DNA from: Pseudomonadota bacterium
GTDB lineage: Bacteria; Bdellovibrionota_C; UBA2361; OMII01
NCBI GenBank assembly: GCA_041178185.1
Contig: JBEGVS010000024.1
Coordinates: forward strand, 22,284 to 86,283
Length of the DNA stretch: 64,000 nt
Direction: 5' to 3'
Part shown: in pieces, positions 28,183 through 39,215 of the stretch
Layout of the letters: the number at the start of each line of letters is the position of its first letter
How positions within the stretch are numbered: the first letter of the stretch is position 1
The notes under the pieces: generated by a model
Databases searched by the model: none
Told to the model about the DNA's origin: nothing
What the model saw: the letters and a program-made list of their open reading frames with translations, nothing else
Position numbers and translations under genes: made by a program

Positions 28183-28803
28183 TTACTTCTGAGAACTGTG
28201 ACCCTCTGATGCCTGAGCGTTAGCTGACGCCTGAGAACGAGACTTTGGTCGAATCGTTACAAGGTCGGGACGATGCATCCTGCGAGCGGTGTTCTCAACC
28301 TCCGGCGCTCTCAGTGGGATTCGCGGCTGTTTGCCTTGCACCGGATAATCTTTCCGTAACGGGTATCCCACAAACTCTTCGTACATGAGGATTCGGCGAA
28401 GGTCGGGGTGCCCCTTAAACCGGATACCGAACATGTCCCACACCTCGCGCTCCAAGAAATTCGCCCCTGCCCACAATGACAAGACCGAATCAACCTCCGG
28501 GGTGCTCTCTGAAACCGCTACTTTGACAGTGAGTCTCCAAAGCTTGGAGATGCTCAGAAGTTGGTACACCACCTCGAATCGCTCATCACGGAGATCCATC
28601 CAATCAATCGCGGTAATATCTGAGAGGAGATTGAAGGCAAGCGCTGGGGAATTCTTGCACGTGCTCAGCACCTTAGTGAGGTGCTCAGGGGCCACCGTTA
28701 CCACCAGATCGCCGAGTTCAATGACCGAATCCTGGAGCATCTCCCCAGCCTCTTTTTGGAGGGTTTCGAGGAGCTCGCTAGTTCTACTTTTTGTATCCAC
28801 CAT
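28183..28803 (-). CDS. nuoC: NADH-quinone oxidoreductase subunit C
   Basis: RFEVVY.L, EREVWDMFGI.F.GHPDLRRIL and PLRKDYP. Confidence 0.96.
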   Translation of the reverse strand: MVDTKSRTSELLETLQKEAGEMLQDSVIELGDLVVTVAPEHLTKVLSTCKNSPALAFNLLSDITAIDWMDLRDERFEVVYQLLSISKLWRLTVKVAVSESTPEVDSVLSLWAGANFLEREVWDMFGIRFKGHPDLRRILMYEEFVGYPLRKDYPVQGKQPRIPLRAPEVENTARRMHRPDLVTIRPKSRSQASANAQASEGHSSQK

Positions 28804-29041
28804 ACGGCCTTGGTTGTATCGTAAGCATGGGTAAGTAGCAACGGCCCAAAGACTCCCTTGTAGGGATAAAACCTCCCTTTAATCGATAGCTTGGGCCGTT
28901 AAGCCTGCCAGGACCGCCCCCGCCCCGCCCCCCCGTCTGGAGGCCATTTTTTCCCCGCCAGATTTGCGTATTCCAACTACCAGCCGTATACTCAGGCTCC
29001 GAATCGCTTCGTTTTGTTTTACGCTGTAGGGAGGATTGCGC

Positions 29042-29347
29042 ATGGAGTCAAATCAAGGTGGAAAGAAGAAGCGTCTATCACCCTCTTCTGTAAGCCAGAT
29101 CCAGATTTTAAACGCACTAGCTCCAAGCCAGAGTTTGATGGCCGTTGAGCCTCGTCGACTTCAAATTGACGAGATAGCTGAACTGAGCGGTCTCAGGGAC
29201 GAAAAGGAAACCCAACGATTCCTCTTTATACTCGAGGGACAGAAGCTTGTGTCGCCCTTCCCCGAGGGGGACTTTACGTCAAAGACGTGGCAAATCACGA
29301 ATCAGGGAGTTCAAACCCTCAAGCAGATCTCCTCAGTTATGGTCTAA
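29042..29347 (+). CDS. Small winged-helix-like hypothetical protein
   Basis: RBS gggagg before ATG 29042 (or TTG 29036). Helix-turn-helix pattern LQIDEIAELSGL..EKETQRFLFILE..KLV followed by a wing ending in WQIT..G. Confidence 0.65.
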   Translation: MESNQGGKKKRLSPSSVSQIQILNALAPSQSLMAVEPRRLQIDEIAELSGLRDEKETQRFLFILEGQKLVSPFPEGDFTSKTWQITNQGVQTLKQISSVMV

Positions 29348-29415
29348 CGCCGACGGCCTGAAGCACCAGCCGACGGCCAAGGCGCCACACGATAGCCACA
29401 AAAGAGGATAGCCAC

Positions 29416-29444
29416 AAAAGGGCGGGCCAGGGGCCTGCCTTTTT
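29416..29444. terminator. Probable bidirectional intrinsic terminator between convergent genes
   Basis: aaaagggcgggcc-agg-ggcctgccttttt hairpin with A/T flanks, preceded by a duplicated gatagccacaaaag (29391, 29407). Confidence 0.65.
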
Positions 29445-29445
29445 G

Positions 29446-29790
29446 TTACCTGCTGCCCAGCGCCTCTTGGACGACCTCAAAAAAACGATTAATCGATTCG
29501 ATCAACGCCTCTGCGAGAGGAGCGATCCGCTCAACCTGCTCAGTAACTGCGGCCTCCTCAAGCGAGAGGGCAGCCTGATAGGCTTGCTGAGCGCCAACAT
29601 TCCCGAGCGACCCCTTGAGAAGATGCGCATGGCGCTTTACGGCCGGCAGATCCTTGTGGCGAACATCATGCATCAAGACCATCAGGCGAGAATCACACTG
29701 CTCGTGACAAAGCTTAATCAGCTCTTTCAAAAGAACGGTATCTCCCCCTACCCGCTCTAACGCCCCTGCTCTATCGAAGATCTCCGCCAT
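29446..29790 (-). CDS. Stand-alone histidine phosphotransfer (Hpt) protein
   Basis: FDR..ALERVGGD..LL.EL and AHLLKGSLGNVGA with the phospho-His. Confidence 0.9.
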   Translation of the reverse strand: MAEIFDRAGALERVGGDTVLLKELIKLCHEQCDSRLMVLMHDVRHKDLPAVKRHAHLLKGSLGNVGAQQAYQAALSLEEAAVTEQVERIAPLAEALIESINRFFEVVQEALGSR

Positions 29791-29800
29791 ACAGGGAATA

Positions 29801-30949
29801 TTATGCCTTCAGCAACTCCCGCGCGATTACGACACGCTGAATCTGACTCGTTCCCTCGTAAATTTGCAGAAGCTTTGCATCACGCATCAGCTTCTCTACC
29901 GGATACTCCTTAGTGTACCCGTAGCCGCCGAATATCTGCACTGCGTCGGTCGCTACCTGCATCGCGGTATCAGCGCTAAAGCGCTTCGCCATACTGGACT
30001 CGAGTGACGCTGCGACGCCCTGATCGAGCATCCACGCTGATCGCCAGGTGAGCAAACGAGAGGCGTCCACCGTAGTAGCCATGTCTGCCAACATAAACTG
30101 AATAGCTTGGAAGGTGCTGATCGCGGCGCCGAATTGCTTGCGCTCTTTGGAGTAGGCGAGCGCGTGCTCATACGCCGCACGACCGATTCCAACAGCGATA
30201 GCTGCTGTCATCGGCCTGCTGGCGTCGAGGGTTTGCATGGCGATCTTAAAACCGTCTCCCAAGCCCCCAATCATATGCTCCTTCGGCACTCGAACGTTAT
30301 CGAAGGTAACGACGCAGGTGTCTGAACATCGCTGCCCCATCTTATTCTCGTGATGCCCTACCGACACCCCGGAGGTCGATCGCGGCACGACAAGGCAACA
30401 GATACCCTTGTGACGTTTTGTTCGGTCGTAGGAAGCAAACACAGTAAACTGCGAGGCGTATCCAGCGTTCGTGATCCACTGCTTGGAACCGTTAATAACC
30501 CAACAATCACCACCATCTTCGACGGTAGTTTGGAGCCCTGCGGCGTCCGATCCCGCGCCCGGTTCGGTTAGACAAAAGGATGCGAACTCCCCGCTCGATA
30601 CCACAGGCTCAAGAAAGCGCTTCTTTTGCTCTTCGGTGCCGCCAATTTTAATCGGAGTAAGCGCGAGATCGTTGGCCACCATTGAGGTACCGAAACCTGA
30701 GCATCCCCATGCGATCTCCTCAATAACAAGGCACGCATCAAAGATCCCTAATCCGCTTCCCCCATACTGGGTCGGGATTGTGAGATTGATGAGACCAAGC
30801 CCGTGTCCCTCTTGGATAATCGACTTTGGAAATTCAGCCCGCTCATCAAGACCCGCTGCAACCGGACGGATCTTCTCGGTCGCAAAACGCGCAGCGATCT
30901 CCCGAAGAGACTCCTGCTCAGATGACAAGCCATTCAGAGGCAACATCAC
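29801..30949 (-). CDS. Acyl-CoA dehydrogenase
   Basis: [32 protein letters not shown] and [10 protein letters not shown]. Confidence 0.96.
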   Translation of the reverse strand: MMLPLNGLSSEQESLREIAARFATEKIRPVAAGLDERAEFPKSIIQEGHGLGLINLTIPTQYGGSGLGIFDACLVIEEIAWGCSGFGTSMVANDLALTPIKIGGTEEQKKRFLEPVVSSGEFASFCLTEPGAGSDAAGLQTTVEDGGDCWVINGSKQWITNAGYASQFTVFASYDRTKRHKGICCLVVPRSTSGVSVGHHENKMGQRCSDTCVVTFDNVRVPKEHMIGGLGDGFKIAMQTLDASRPMTAAIAVGIGRAAYEHALAYSKERKQFGAAISTFQAIQFMLADMATTVDASRLLTWRSAWMLDQGVAASLESSMAKRFSADTAMQVATDAVQIFGGYGYTKEYPVEKLMRDAKLLQIYEGTSQIQRVVIARELLKA

Positions 30950-30985
30950 CGACTCCTCTCTATCAAAACTAACCCAGAAATGACT

Positions 30986-31005
30986 GGGCCCCTGTGAAGG
31001 GGCCC
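30986..31005 (-). terminator. Stem-loop downstream of the IclR gene (possible terminator or processing site)
   Basis: gggcccct-gtga-aggggccc, a perfect 8-bp stem; no strong U-tract on the coding strand. Confidence 0.4.
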
Positions 31006-31010
31006 GAAAA

Positions 31011-31877
31011 CTACTTCATGATTCGAGCTGTCGCCCCAGCCGCTGGTTGCGGCTGGCCAGTCGTTGTCGAAGCAGTTGTTGGCTGCTGCGCCGGAGTAGG
31101 AGTGCTGACCTCCTTCTCAAGGGTGGTCGAGAGGCCTGACTTCGAAGCACCAAGCGCCGTCGAGAGCGCCACTGCCGCCTCCTCGATCTTCGGAATGATG
31201 AGGTCAAGCTTAGCGCGGTATTGAGGCACAAGCACCTCAATCGCTCCAACAACCTCGTTGTTATTTCCGCGAACGATCTTACAGATCGACACAACGTCGG
31301 CCTCAATAGCTCCACGATCGACGATCTGCCCGGTGGACCGAAGCTCCGTCAGTTGATTGCGAATAGCAACATCCTGAACGGTATTTCCGGCGAGAAGCTC
31401 ATTAAGGGTCGTGTCAGAGAGCTGCGCAGTAAGGAGCCGCCCTGCTGCACTCAACTTAGCAGGGAACGATACCGCGATACGAGGCGATGCCTTCACTGGG
31501 CGCTTCGACTCGATGCTGATCGGGAACTGAACGTTACCAGCCTGAAGGACTGCGATGCTAACCGTCTCGCCGATAGCCTCAGAGAGAGCCTTGACGATCG
31601 GAAGTCCACGACCAACCAAGGAGCTCTGAGTGAGGTATGCCTGCCCCATCTGGAGAGCCTTCACACCAAGACGGTAGTCCTCGGTCTCTTTGTTTTGGTC
31701 GACGTATCCACGCAACTCAAGAGTTGCAAGGAGACGGAATACGTTGTTCTTGTGCAACTTGAGGCGCTTGGAAAGCTCAGTGACACCAACCTCTCCCGCC
31801 GCTTTGCACAGCTCCTCAAGCACATCAAGAGCATGAGATACGGACTGGATCATGTAATTCGATTTCTCGCGCTTCAT
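31011..31877 (-). CDS. IclR-family transcriptional regulator
   Basis: [38 protein letters not shown]...YRLG, followed by GETV. Confidence 0.9.
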   Translation of the reverse strand: MKREKSNYMIQSVSHALDVLEELCKAAGEVGVTELSKRLKLHKNNVFRLLATLELRGYVDQNKETEDYRLGVKALQMGQAYLTQSSLVGRGLPIVKALSEAIGETVSIAVLQAGNVQFPISIESKRPVKASPRIAVSFPAKLSAAGRLLTAQLSDTTLNELLAGNTVQDVAIRNQLTELRSTGQIVDRGAIEADVVSICKIVRGNNNEVVGAIEVLVPQYRAKLDLIIPKIEEAAVALSTALGASKSGLSTTLEKEVSTPTPAQQPTTASTTTGQPQPAAGATARIMK

Positions 31878-32139
31878 AAGTTGCTAATTCCTGACTTGGT
31901 AGTTTTTACTTAAAATTTTTTAACGTACATCGCGCAGGGAGAGAGCTAAACAAACGCTTTATCACCCTCTGCAGTGGCTTTTAACCGAGATGTGCCTCAC
32001 AGCACAATAACGTTTTAGCGGCCTTGGTTTGAGATATAACAGGGGGATCCCCGGAGTGCAACATACTATTTTCAATAGGTTTTCATGTTTCGAGCTGCGC
32101 TCAAACCACGCAAAAATACCCTTGACGTGAGGAGCATTG

Positions 32140-32904
32140 CTACCTCGTAGCGGCCTGGAGCAGGTCCTCGACCAGGTAAAGCCCAGCCGGCTTCCCTATT
32201 AAACGCTCCATGAGAGCCACCGCCCCAGTGCCAAAAATAGCCCTATTTTGAGCACGCTGGGTGAGCTCGATTCGCTCTCCGTTCCCAAGAAAATACACCG
32301 TATGATCGCCAGGCACATCGCCCCCGCGGAGGGAGACAACTCCGATCTCGCCCTCTCTTCGCAAACCCTCGCGTCCAAACACAACATCGTCAGATGCGGC
32401 AGCAAGTCCCGATATAACGTTAAGCGCCGTGCCCGAAGGGGCATCTTTTTTCATGCGATGATGGATCTCCATAACCTCAATATCGAAGGATGGGCCGAGG
32501 ATGTCTTGCAGGTAACGCGCCGCCATCTTCAGAGCCGTGGCGGCCAAAGAGGTGTTTGGAGCGATGCACAGGGGAGCTACCTGCGCGCACTCCTCCACCT
32601 TACCCCTCTCATCCGCGCTCAACCCGGTGGTAGCGACAATAAGAGGCTTTCGAAACTCAGCGCATATGCGCGCGACGGTTACGGAGGTCGCAGGAGTTGA
32701 GAAATCGATGACACCATCGCACTCAGCGATGACCTTCATGTCGGAGGAGAACACGACCCCACTCGAGCCGATAGATTCGCCAGTGCGGGGAGAACCGGAA
32801 GAGACCAGCGCAGCATGGAGTGCGCTCGAACGACTGGCCAGCAAAGCCTCAACTACATGTCGCCCCGTCCTACCGCTTGCCCCAACAACGACGATACGGT
32901 TCAT
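32140..32904 (-). CDS. dapB: 4-hydroxy-tetrahydrodipicolinate reductase
   Basis: GASGRTG, IDFS, E.HHRMKKDAPSGTA, LRGGDV.GDH and R.IF..GA. Confidence 0.96.
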   Translation of the reverse strand: MNRIVVVGASGRTGRHVVEALLASRSSALHAALVSSGSPRTGESIGSSGVVFSSDMKVIAECDGVIDFSTPATSVTVARICAEFRKPLIVATTGLSADERGKVEECAQVAPLCIAPNTSLAATALKMAARYLQDILGPSFDIEVMEIHHRMKKDAPSGTALNVISGLAAASDDVVFGREGLRREGEIGVVSLRGGDVPGDHTVYFLGNGERIELTQRAQNRAIFGTGAVALMERLIGKPAGLYLVEDLLQAATR

Positions 32905-33791
32905 CGCACATACTCCTGACGAACTCGCTCAAAGTTCGAGGGAGCGAGAGGGGTGAGAGGCAAACGCACCGTGTCACTCTCGATTATGCCCATCTGGGCC
33001 AACGCCGCCTTAATCGGAATCGGATTCGATTCGATAAAGGCCGCTCGCACACGGGACAGCAACCCAAGCTGAAGCCTACGAGCCTCAGCGGTATCTCGGC
33101 GCTCGAAAGCGTCATACAGCGCTACCATCTCCGTCGGGAAGGCATTCGCCACCACCGATATAATTCCGCGCCCGCCGTAGGCGAGGGTCGCCAAGAACAG
33201 AGAGTCATCCCCCGATAGAACCTGACAATCCTCTCGAACTGCAACCATCACGTCCGCCAACGTGTCGATCGACCCACTAGCTTCCTTTATTGCGGTAATA
33301 ATCCCCTGGTGACTTAACGCTCCAAGCGTCGCGGGAGTAATGGCAACGCCGCTTCGCCCGGGCACGTTGTACGCGATCAGCGGGAGTCCACTCGCCGCTT
33401 GAACTGCTTTGAAGTGTTGGATGATGCCAGCCTGAGAGGGCTTGTTGTACGGCGGGGTCGCTACCAGAATCGCGTCACACCCCAGCTCCTTGATGACTCG
33501 AGCCATCTGAACAGCTCGATGAGTTGAGCTGACAGAGATCCCTCCCACGCAAGGCACCTTCCCGCGAGTTCTCTCTCGCGCGAACTTGATCACCTCAACA
33601 TACTCTTCATCGGAAAGGGTTGAGGCCTCCCCTGTCGAACCACACGCGACAACGCCGTGCACCTTACCAGCAATTTGTGTTTCGATCAGGTTACCAAACG
33701 ATTTCGTATCAACACCCGAACCATCTCTCGTGAAGGGGGTGACAAGCGCGGGAAGAACCCCGCGCAAAATGAGGGGAGCTGTTGGGGTCAT
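32901..33791 (-). CDS. dapA: 4-hydroxy-tetrahydrodipicolinate synthase
   Basis: ALVTPF, GSTGE, PPYNKP, YNVPGR, IKEASG, SGDD, NPIPIK and RLPL. Confidence 0.96.
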   Translation of the reverse strand: MTPTAPLILRGVLPALVTPFTRDGSGVDTKSFGNLIETQIAGKVHGVVACGSTGEASTLSDEEYVEVIKFARERTRGKVPCVGGISVSSTHRAVQMARVIKELGCDAILVATPPYNKPSQAGIIQHFKAVQAASGLPLIAYNVPGRSGVAITPATLGALSHQGIITAIKEASGSIDTLADVMVAVREDCQVLSGDDSLFLATLAYGGRGIISVVANAFPTEMVALYDAFERRDTAEARRLQLGLLSRVRAAFIESNPIPIKAALAQMGIIESDTVRLPLTPLAPSNFERVRQEYVR

Positions 33792-33931
33792 AACACTATC
33801 CTCGCTGTAAACGTGTGTAACGGCGCGTTACCTTCTAAGAGACGGTACTCCGCGTGACGGCAAAAATCAAAGAAACTTTTCGGCCTTGAATGCTTCAGAG
33901 AAGACTTCCGTCAACCCGTGTACGATGCAGA

Positions 33932-34549
33932 CTACGACAGCGCTCCACGGTCATTGAGAGAGGTATCTGCCTCTATAACGTCGGTGACCGGGACCATCGC
34001 AATATCGCTGGCACTCCCCTTGAAGGTCACACGAGCAACCTCTCTGACAGCCCCATCGGTATCGCCCTGATTTTGGGGAATTATCTGATACATGTAGGTA
34101 GTAGAGGGCTTGGCCGTCGTATCAACAAAGGTGAACTTAGTGTATTCCTCGGGGCTCTCGATCGTGCGCCCGATCTTTCCCTCCGCTCGGGCCTCCCTTC
34201 GCAAGTTCTCTCTCACGATGACGTGCTGGTCTTTCACGAAACCGATCGTCTCGAAGCGTACGCGCGGATTGGTTTCATCACCTTTTTGGGCGATTACCTT
34301 GCGCTGAATGGCGTATCCATCGATCGACTTGAGCTCCTTTCCTCGACGGTCCTCGTCAGGGGCGGTCCACGCGAAGAAGACTCCCCCTTCGGAGGCGGTG
34401 ACAGTCAGAGCTTCGACCGGCCTCGGCGCGAACATCTCCGGCGGAAGGGCTGCTTTATATCGCCCACATCCGACCATCCCGCTCAAACCACCAAGGAGCG
34501 CTGCCAACACAACCGCTACAAACCGAGGGGCTACTCCAATCCGCTTCAT
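33932..34549 (-). CDS. Putative lipoprotein with a fibronectin type III-like domain
   Basis: Signal and lipobox MVGC followed by GRYKAALPPE; WTAP..D..G..L....GY and FVD...P...Y.Y pattern. Start at ATG 34549. Confidence 0.7.
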   Translation of the reverse strand: MKRIGVAPRFVAVVLAALLGGLSGMVGCGRYKAALPPEMFAPRPVEALTVTASEGGVFFAWTAPDEDRRGKELKSIDGYAIQRKVIAQKGDETNPRVRFETIGFVKDQHVIVRENLRREARAEGKIGRTIESPEEYTKFTFVDTTAKPSTTYMYQIIPQNQGDTDGAVREVARVTFKGSASDIAMVPVTDVIEADTSLNDRGALS

Positions 34550-34562
34550 CAATCCAACCTTC

Positions 34563-36929
34563 CTACTTGTCCATGAAGCCACGCAGTCTCTTGCTACGAC
34601 TCGGATGTCGTAACTTACGGAGCGCCTTGGCCTCAATCTGACGGATACGCTCACGGGTAACATCGAAGTTCTGCCCCACTTCCTCGAGGGTGTGGTCGCT
34701 CTTCTCTCCGATACCAAAACGCATACGCAAAACCTTCTCCTCACGCGGAGTAAGGGTCGCGAGCACCTTGCGGGTCTGCTCCTGCAGATTCATATTCACC
34801 ACGGCGTTCGCTGGTGATACGACCCGCTTGTCCTCGATGAAATCACCGAGATGTGAATCCTCCTCCTCTCCGATCGGGGTCTCAAGAGAGATAGGCTCTT
34901 TGGCGATCTTGAGGACCTTGCGGACCTTATCGATCGGAATCTCCATCTTCTCGGCGATCTCCTCAGGAGTTGGTTCTCGACCCAGCTCCTGAACCAACTG
35001 TCGAGATGTTCGGACGAGCTTATTAATCGTCTCAATCATATGGACAGGAATACGGATAATTCGCGCCTGATCGGCGATCGCCCGGGTAATGGCCTGGCGG
35101 ATCCACCATGTGGCGTACGTGGAAAATTTGTATCCACGTTGATACTCGAATTTATCGACCGCCTTCATAAGGCCGATATTTCCCTCTTGGATGAGATCCA
35201 AGAACTGCAAACCACGGTTGGTGTACTTCTTGGCGATAGAGACCACGAGTCGAAGGTTAGCCTCAATAAGCTGGTCCTTAGCGAGACGTGCTCGCACCTC
35301 GCCATCCTTGAGAATACGAACGCTATCGGTGAAACCTGACACGCTCATCATCACCCGCTCCTCAAGCGATCGCGCTGTTGAGAGCGAGCGTCGAAGCGGC
35401 TCCTCCCAGTGCTTGAGCTCGGTGCTCTTGAGCTTGAGACGCTTCCCAGCGCGCTTCACCGCGACCTGATCCTCTGAAAGAAGATCAGCGAGCGAATCGA
35501 TCAACTGGTCAGCTGTGGTCCCGAGCTTACGAGCGGCGGTGTCGATACCTCGCAAGAGCTGTCGACTCTCTTCATCGGCATCTTTCACCAACTGAATCAT
35601 CTTATGGAACTGCTTCTGATTGAGATTTAACTCCTCAATGCGAGCGGCGTTCTTGGTAAGGATACGCACGAACTTCTTCTCACGATCGGAGTCCGCTCGT
35701 TTCTCAACCGGAAGCTCCATGAGCTGCTCATAGAGAGCGCGGGTCTCTTTAAGCGCCTTCTTATACGGAAGGGCCTTGGCGATAAACTTTTTCTTTTGAG
35801 CCTCGTCCTCTTCACTCTGAGGAGTTGGCTTCGGAGCGATCTCCTGACCATCCTCGTCGAACTTGGGCTCCTCCTCTTCCTCTTCTTCGGCCTCTTTCTC
35901 AGCATCAGCCTCGGCATCATCCTCAGCAAAAAGATCGCGCAGACGGATCTGATCGTCGCGCACCATGTCGAAGAGGCTCACGACGTAATCGAGTGAGAGC
36001 GGTTGCTTGAGAAGCTGCTCACGCACCGCGACAAGTCCTGACTCGATACGTTTGGCGATCTCCACCTCTCCCTCTCGAGTGAGGAGACTCACGTTACCCA
36101 TCTCTCTAAGGTACTGACGGACCGGATCCGTACTCCGACCGAGCGATCCAGCGTCGATGACCTCAGCAGGAGGTTCAATCCCTGCCGGCGCTTCAGAATC
36201 CTCTTCGCGAGAATCCGCAGGAGCCTCAATAATGTCGATATCGTGCTCGCCAAAGTTGGCGATAACCTCATCGACCTGCTCCTCTGACATCACTTCGCCG
36301 GCGAGGGCTTCGTTTACCTCATCCATTGTGAGGTATCCCTTCTCCTTTCCGATCTCCAAGAGGCGATTGATCCGACTCTCGATATCTCCCCGCTCCTTGA
36401 GGTCAAGAGAGCTGTCGATATCGCCCATGTCGGCCTCAACGACCACCTCAAAGCCCGTGAGCTCCTGCAAACCATCATCGAGATCTGCGACGCCGATATC
36501 TCGATCCATCGGTGCTCCAGAGGCATCCTTCTCCGCATCTCTACCTTTACGAGGTTCCTTGGTGAGCGGTTTAATGAGCGCCTTTGTTGGTGCTGTCACT
36601 GCCTCAGGCTGCAGCTTCTTTGCTGCAGATCCGCTCGACACCACTGGAGCTATGGCCTTCTCCTTGACAGCTTTCTTGACCGAAGGCGCCACAGTCGACT
36701 CGCCCCGAGCTTTTTTTAAACGCTCACGAGCAGCGGCCTTCAAGGTCGAATTCTTCTTCAACGTTACACCGACCTTTCTGACCTTTTCTCTCTTCGAAAG
36801 TGTTTTCTTGATGCCCTTCTTGGGTGCGCCTTTGGACTTCTGCTTGACTCCGCTCTTGCGAAGAATCTTGCCTCGACCTGCTCCACTTTTCTTTCGAACC
36901 ACCACCGCAACTCCAATTGGACTAGCCAC
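34563..36929 (-). CDS. rpoD: RNA polymerase primary sigma factor with a long basic N-terminal extension
   Basis: [50 protein letters not shown] and [19 protein letters not shown]. Confidence 0.98.
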   Translation of the reverse strand: MASPIGVAVVVRKKSGAGRGKILRKSGVKQKSKGAPKKGIKKTLSKREKVRKVGVTLKKNSTLKAAARERLKKARGESTVAPSVKKAVKEKAIAPVVSSGSAAKKLQPEAVTAPTKALIKPLTKEPRKGRDAEKDASGAPMDRDIGVADLDDGLQELTGFEVVVEADMGDIDSSLDLKERGDIESRINRLLEIGKEKGYLTMDEVNEALAGEVMSEEQVDEVIANFGEHDIDIIEAPADSREEDSEAPAGIEPPAEVIDAGSLGRSTDPVRQYLREMGNVSLLTREGEVEIAKRIESGLVAVREQLLKQPLSLDYVVSLFDMVRDDQIRLRDLFAEDDAEADAEKEAEEEEEEEPKFDEDGQEIAPKPTPQSEEDEAQKKKFIAKALPYKKALKETRALYEQLMELPVEKRADSDREKKFVRILTKNAARIEELNLNQKQFHKMIQLVKDADEESRQLLRGIDTAARKLGTTADQLIDSLADLLSEDQVAVKRAGKRLKLKSTELKHWEEPLRRSLSTARSLEERVMMSVSGFTDSVRILKDGEVRARLAKDQLIEANLRLVVSIAKKYTNRGLQFLDLIQEGNIGLMKAVDKFEYQRGYKFSTYATWWIRQAITRAIADQARIIRIPVHMIETINKLVRTSRQLVQELGREPTPEEIAEKMEIPIDKVRKVLKIAKEPISLETPIGEEEDSHLGDFIEDKRVVSPANAVVNMNLQEQTRKVLATLTPREEKVLRMRFGIGEKSDHTLEEVGQNFDVTRERIRQIEAKALRKLRHPSRSKRLRGFMDK

Positions 36930-37151
36930 GAACGATTAACAATGAAATTTTTCGATTCGGATCGATCTGTACGTGATGCGTGAATAACGTTGCGCGCACA
37001 ACGTGTAGACAACGACTCTCACCCTTCGTCAGCCACGCCCCCTCTCAACCAGAGAGAGCGCCACAATCCGATGATCACTCCCCGACCGAACACGGCACGA
37101 CTGCAACCCTGCCATCTCGGAAGAGATCGTGGGATACTAACTATTTAAGGG

Positions 37152-39044
37152 TTAGAGGTCCACCCCCCGAGCAAAGCTATCCATCTGGCTCTTGAGGGCT
37201 CGAATCCGCTCTGAAACCTCCAGCTGCTCATCGGTACTCAATCCACCCTCAACGAGCTCCCGCTTACTCTCCTCAAGAAGCCGCTTAAGCTTCTCCCGGC
37301 GGAGCGCCACCCGGCAACCCTGGTACAGGTCTCGCATACTTACGCCCGCTTTGACCATTTTATAGGCCTCCTTCCAGAGGGCCGTCCAATCAGACCCAAG
37401 GGACTGTAGAAGCTCCTTGGTGGCTAGACGCTGACGCTCCTCATCCTCCGGGGTCTCGAGGAGGAGCTCCCCAAATACCGAGACGAATCGCAGGGTCTCA
37501 GGCTGCAGCTCCTCGCACATCTCTGGGCTCTTAAGGAGCTCATCAACGACCTCCCCCTTGAGGACCATGATAGCTCGTAAGACATCGAGGTCGATGCGGG
37601 GCAGGGTCTCCAGCTTGCGAGCGACCGAATGTGGAGCGGAGGGAACGGGCACGCCCCCCTCTCGTCGGGGAGAGGTGGGAACCACGGCCGACCGTTTCTC
37701 AGGAGCGACACCACCTCCGCTCATCATTTTTTCCAGGTGCTTCGTTTCGACTCCGAGTCGACGGGCCGCTCTCGTCAGCAAGGTTGAGCGTACGACCTCC
37801 CGTTCCACTCCACCTAACGTTTTCGCTACTTCATCACATAGCTTCCCTAAAAGATTAGGACCAGGACGCTCGCTCTCAGTACACCCATGCTTCTGCAGCA
37901 ACCCGTCGATGAACACATCGATTAACTCGGACCGCGGAAGATCTTTCAGCGCCTCCGCGGTGGCAACGCCGTGCTGTTGCGCGAAATCATCCGGGTCAAC
38001 CTCCTGCGGGAGGAAGCACGCGGTGATATCCACCTCGGCGTTCTTGGCTACGGTGAAGGACTTTGCTGCGGCGTTGCGACCAGCGGAGTCTCCGTCAAAG
38101 AGGAGATGAATCCGATTACACACACCGGCAAGGCGCTTGACGTGTGCCTCGGTCATCGCCGTGCCACAACACGCCACCACGTTATGAACACCACGCATCG
38201 AAAGCCCGATAACGTCCATGTACCCCTCGACGATGAACACCTCCTTGGAATCACGAATTGCGCCCATCGCTTGGGGGAGTCCAAAGATGGTTCGACTCTT
38301 TTGATAAATAGGGGTCTCCGGGGAATTTACGTATTTGGGAGATTGCGCTTCATATGCCGGCTCTTGAATGCCCGGAATAATTCGGCCACCGAAACCCGCT
38401 ATGCGCTTAGCGTCAACAAAGATCGGGAAGATAAGGCGCCCGCGAAAGAGCTCATAGAGCTCCCCAGCGGCGCTTCGACGAACGAGCCCTGACTGGAGCA
38501 TCATCTCCTCGTTAACGCCGTTGTGCTTCAATACCTCAATGAGGGCCCCGCGTTGATTTGGACTGTACCCAATACCGAACTGATTGATAGCGTCCGCGGT
38601 CAACTGACGCTTCTTGAGGTACTCACCTACTTTCTTAAACTCCCCGTCCCCGCCCTTGACCTGCAGGAGCGACTTGCGAAAATAGAGGTGTGCGATCCGA
38701 CACACATCAAAGAGCTTCTCCCTATCAACGGTCGGCCCCTGTCGCTTACTATTCTCAAACTTGAGCTCTATGCCATATCGACCAGCGAGGTACTCGACCG
38801 CGTCCGGGAAGGTCATCGCCCGCATCGCCATCACGTACGAGATGACATTTCCAGAGGCTCCACACCCGAAGCAATGGTAACTGTTCGTGGACTCTCTCAC
38901 GTGGAAGGAAGGCGACCGCTCGGAATGAAATGGACAGAGCCCAGAGTAGTGCATCCCTGACCGACGGAGCTTCACCGTCTCAGAGACGACCTCAACGATG
39001 TTGGCTGACGCTTTGACGCGTTCAATACTCTCTTGCGAAATCAC
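37152..39044 (-). CDS. dnaG: DNA primase
   Basis: CPFH..CFGC zinc finger, FGGR, KYVNSPET, VEGYMD, FDGD.AG and DPD; lies upstream of rpoD. Confidence 0.97.
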   Translation of the reverse strand: MISQESIERVKASANIVEVVSETVKLRRSGMHYSGLCPFHSERSPSFHVRESTNSYHCFGCGASGNVISYVMAMRAMTFPDAVEYLAGRYGIELKFENSKRQGPTVDREKLFDVCRIAHLYFRKSLLQVKGGDGEFKKVGEYLKKRQLTADAINQFGIGYSPNQRGALIEVLKHNGVNEEMMLQSGLVRRSAAGELYELFRGRLIFPIFVDAKRIAGFGGRIIPGIQEPAYEAQSPKYVNSPETPIYQKSRTIFGLPQAMGAIRDSKEVFIVEGYMDVIGLSMRGVHNVVACCGTAMTEAHVKRLAGVCNRIHLLFDGDSAGRNAAAKSFTVAKNAEVDITACFLPQEVDPDDFAQQHGVATAEALKDLPRSELIDVFIDGLLQKHGCTESERPGPNLLGKLCDEVAKTLGGVEREVVRSTLLTRAARRLGVETKHLEKMMSGGGVAPEKRSAVVPTSPRREGGVPVPSAPHSVARKLETLPRIDLDVLRAIMVLKGEVVDELLKSPEMCEELQPETLRFVSVFGELLLETPEDEERQRLATKELLQSLGSDWTALWKEAYKMVKAGVSMRDLYQGCRVALRREKLKRLLEESKRELVEGGLSTDEQLEVSERIRALKSQMDSFARGVDL

Positions 39045-39215
39045 AGGAATAAGCTAGCACACCTGTTGGAAAACGCACCTACAACAGAGGGAAATGGAAC
39101 GCATTACCGAAAGGTCCGTCTCCCGACGGGCCGGAAGATATTTGAAAAAACGGGGCGAGTTCCGGCCCGTCAGGATACGGGCCGTCCGGATTGGGGAATC
39201 TAAGGGAGATCTCCC

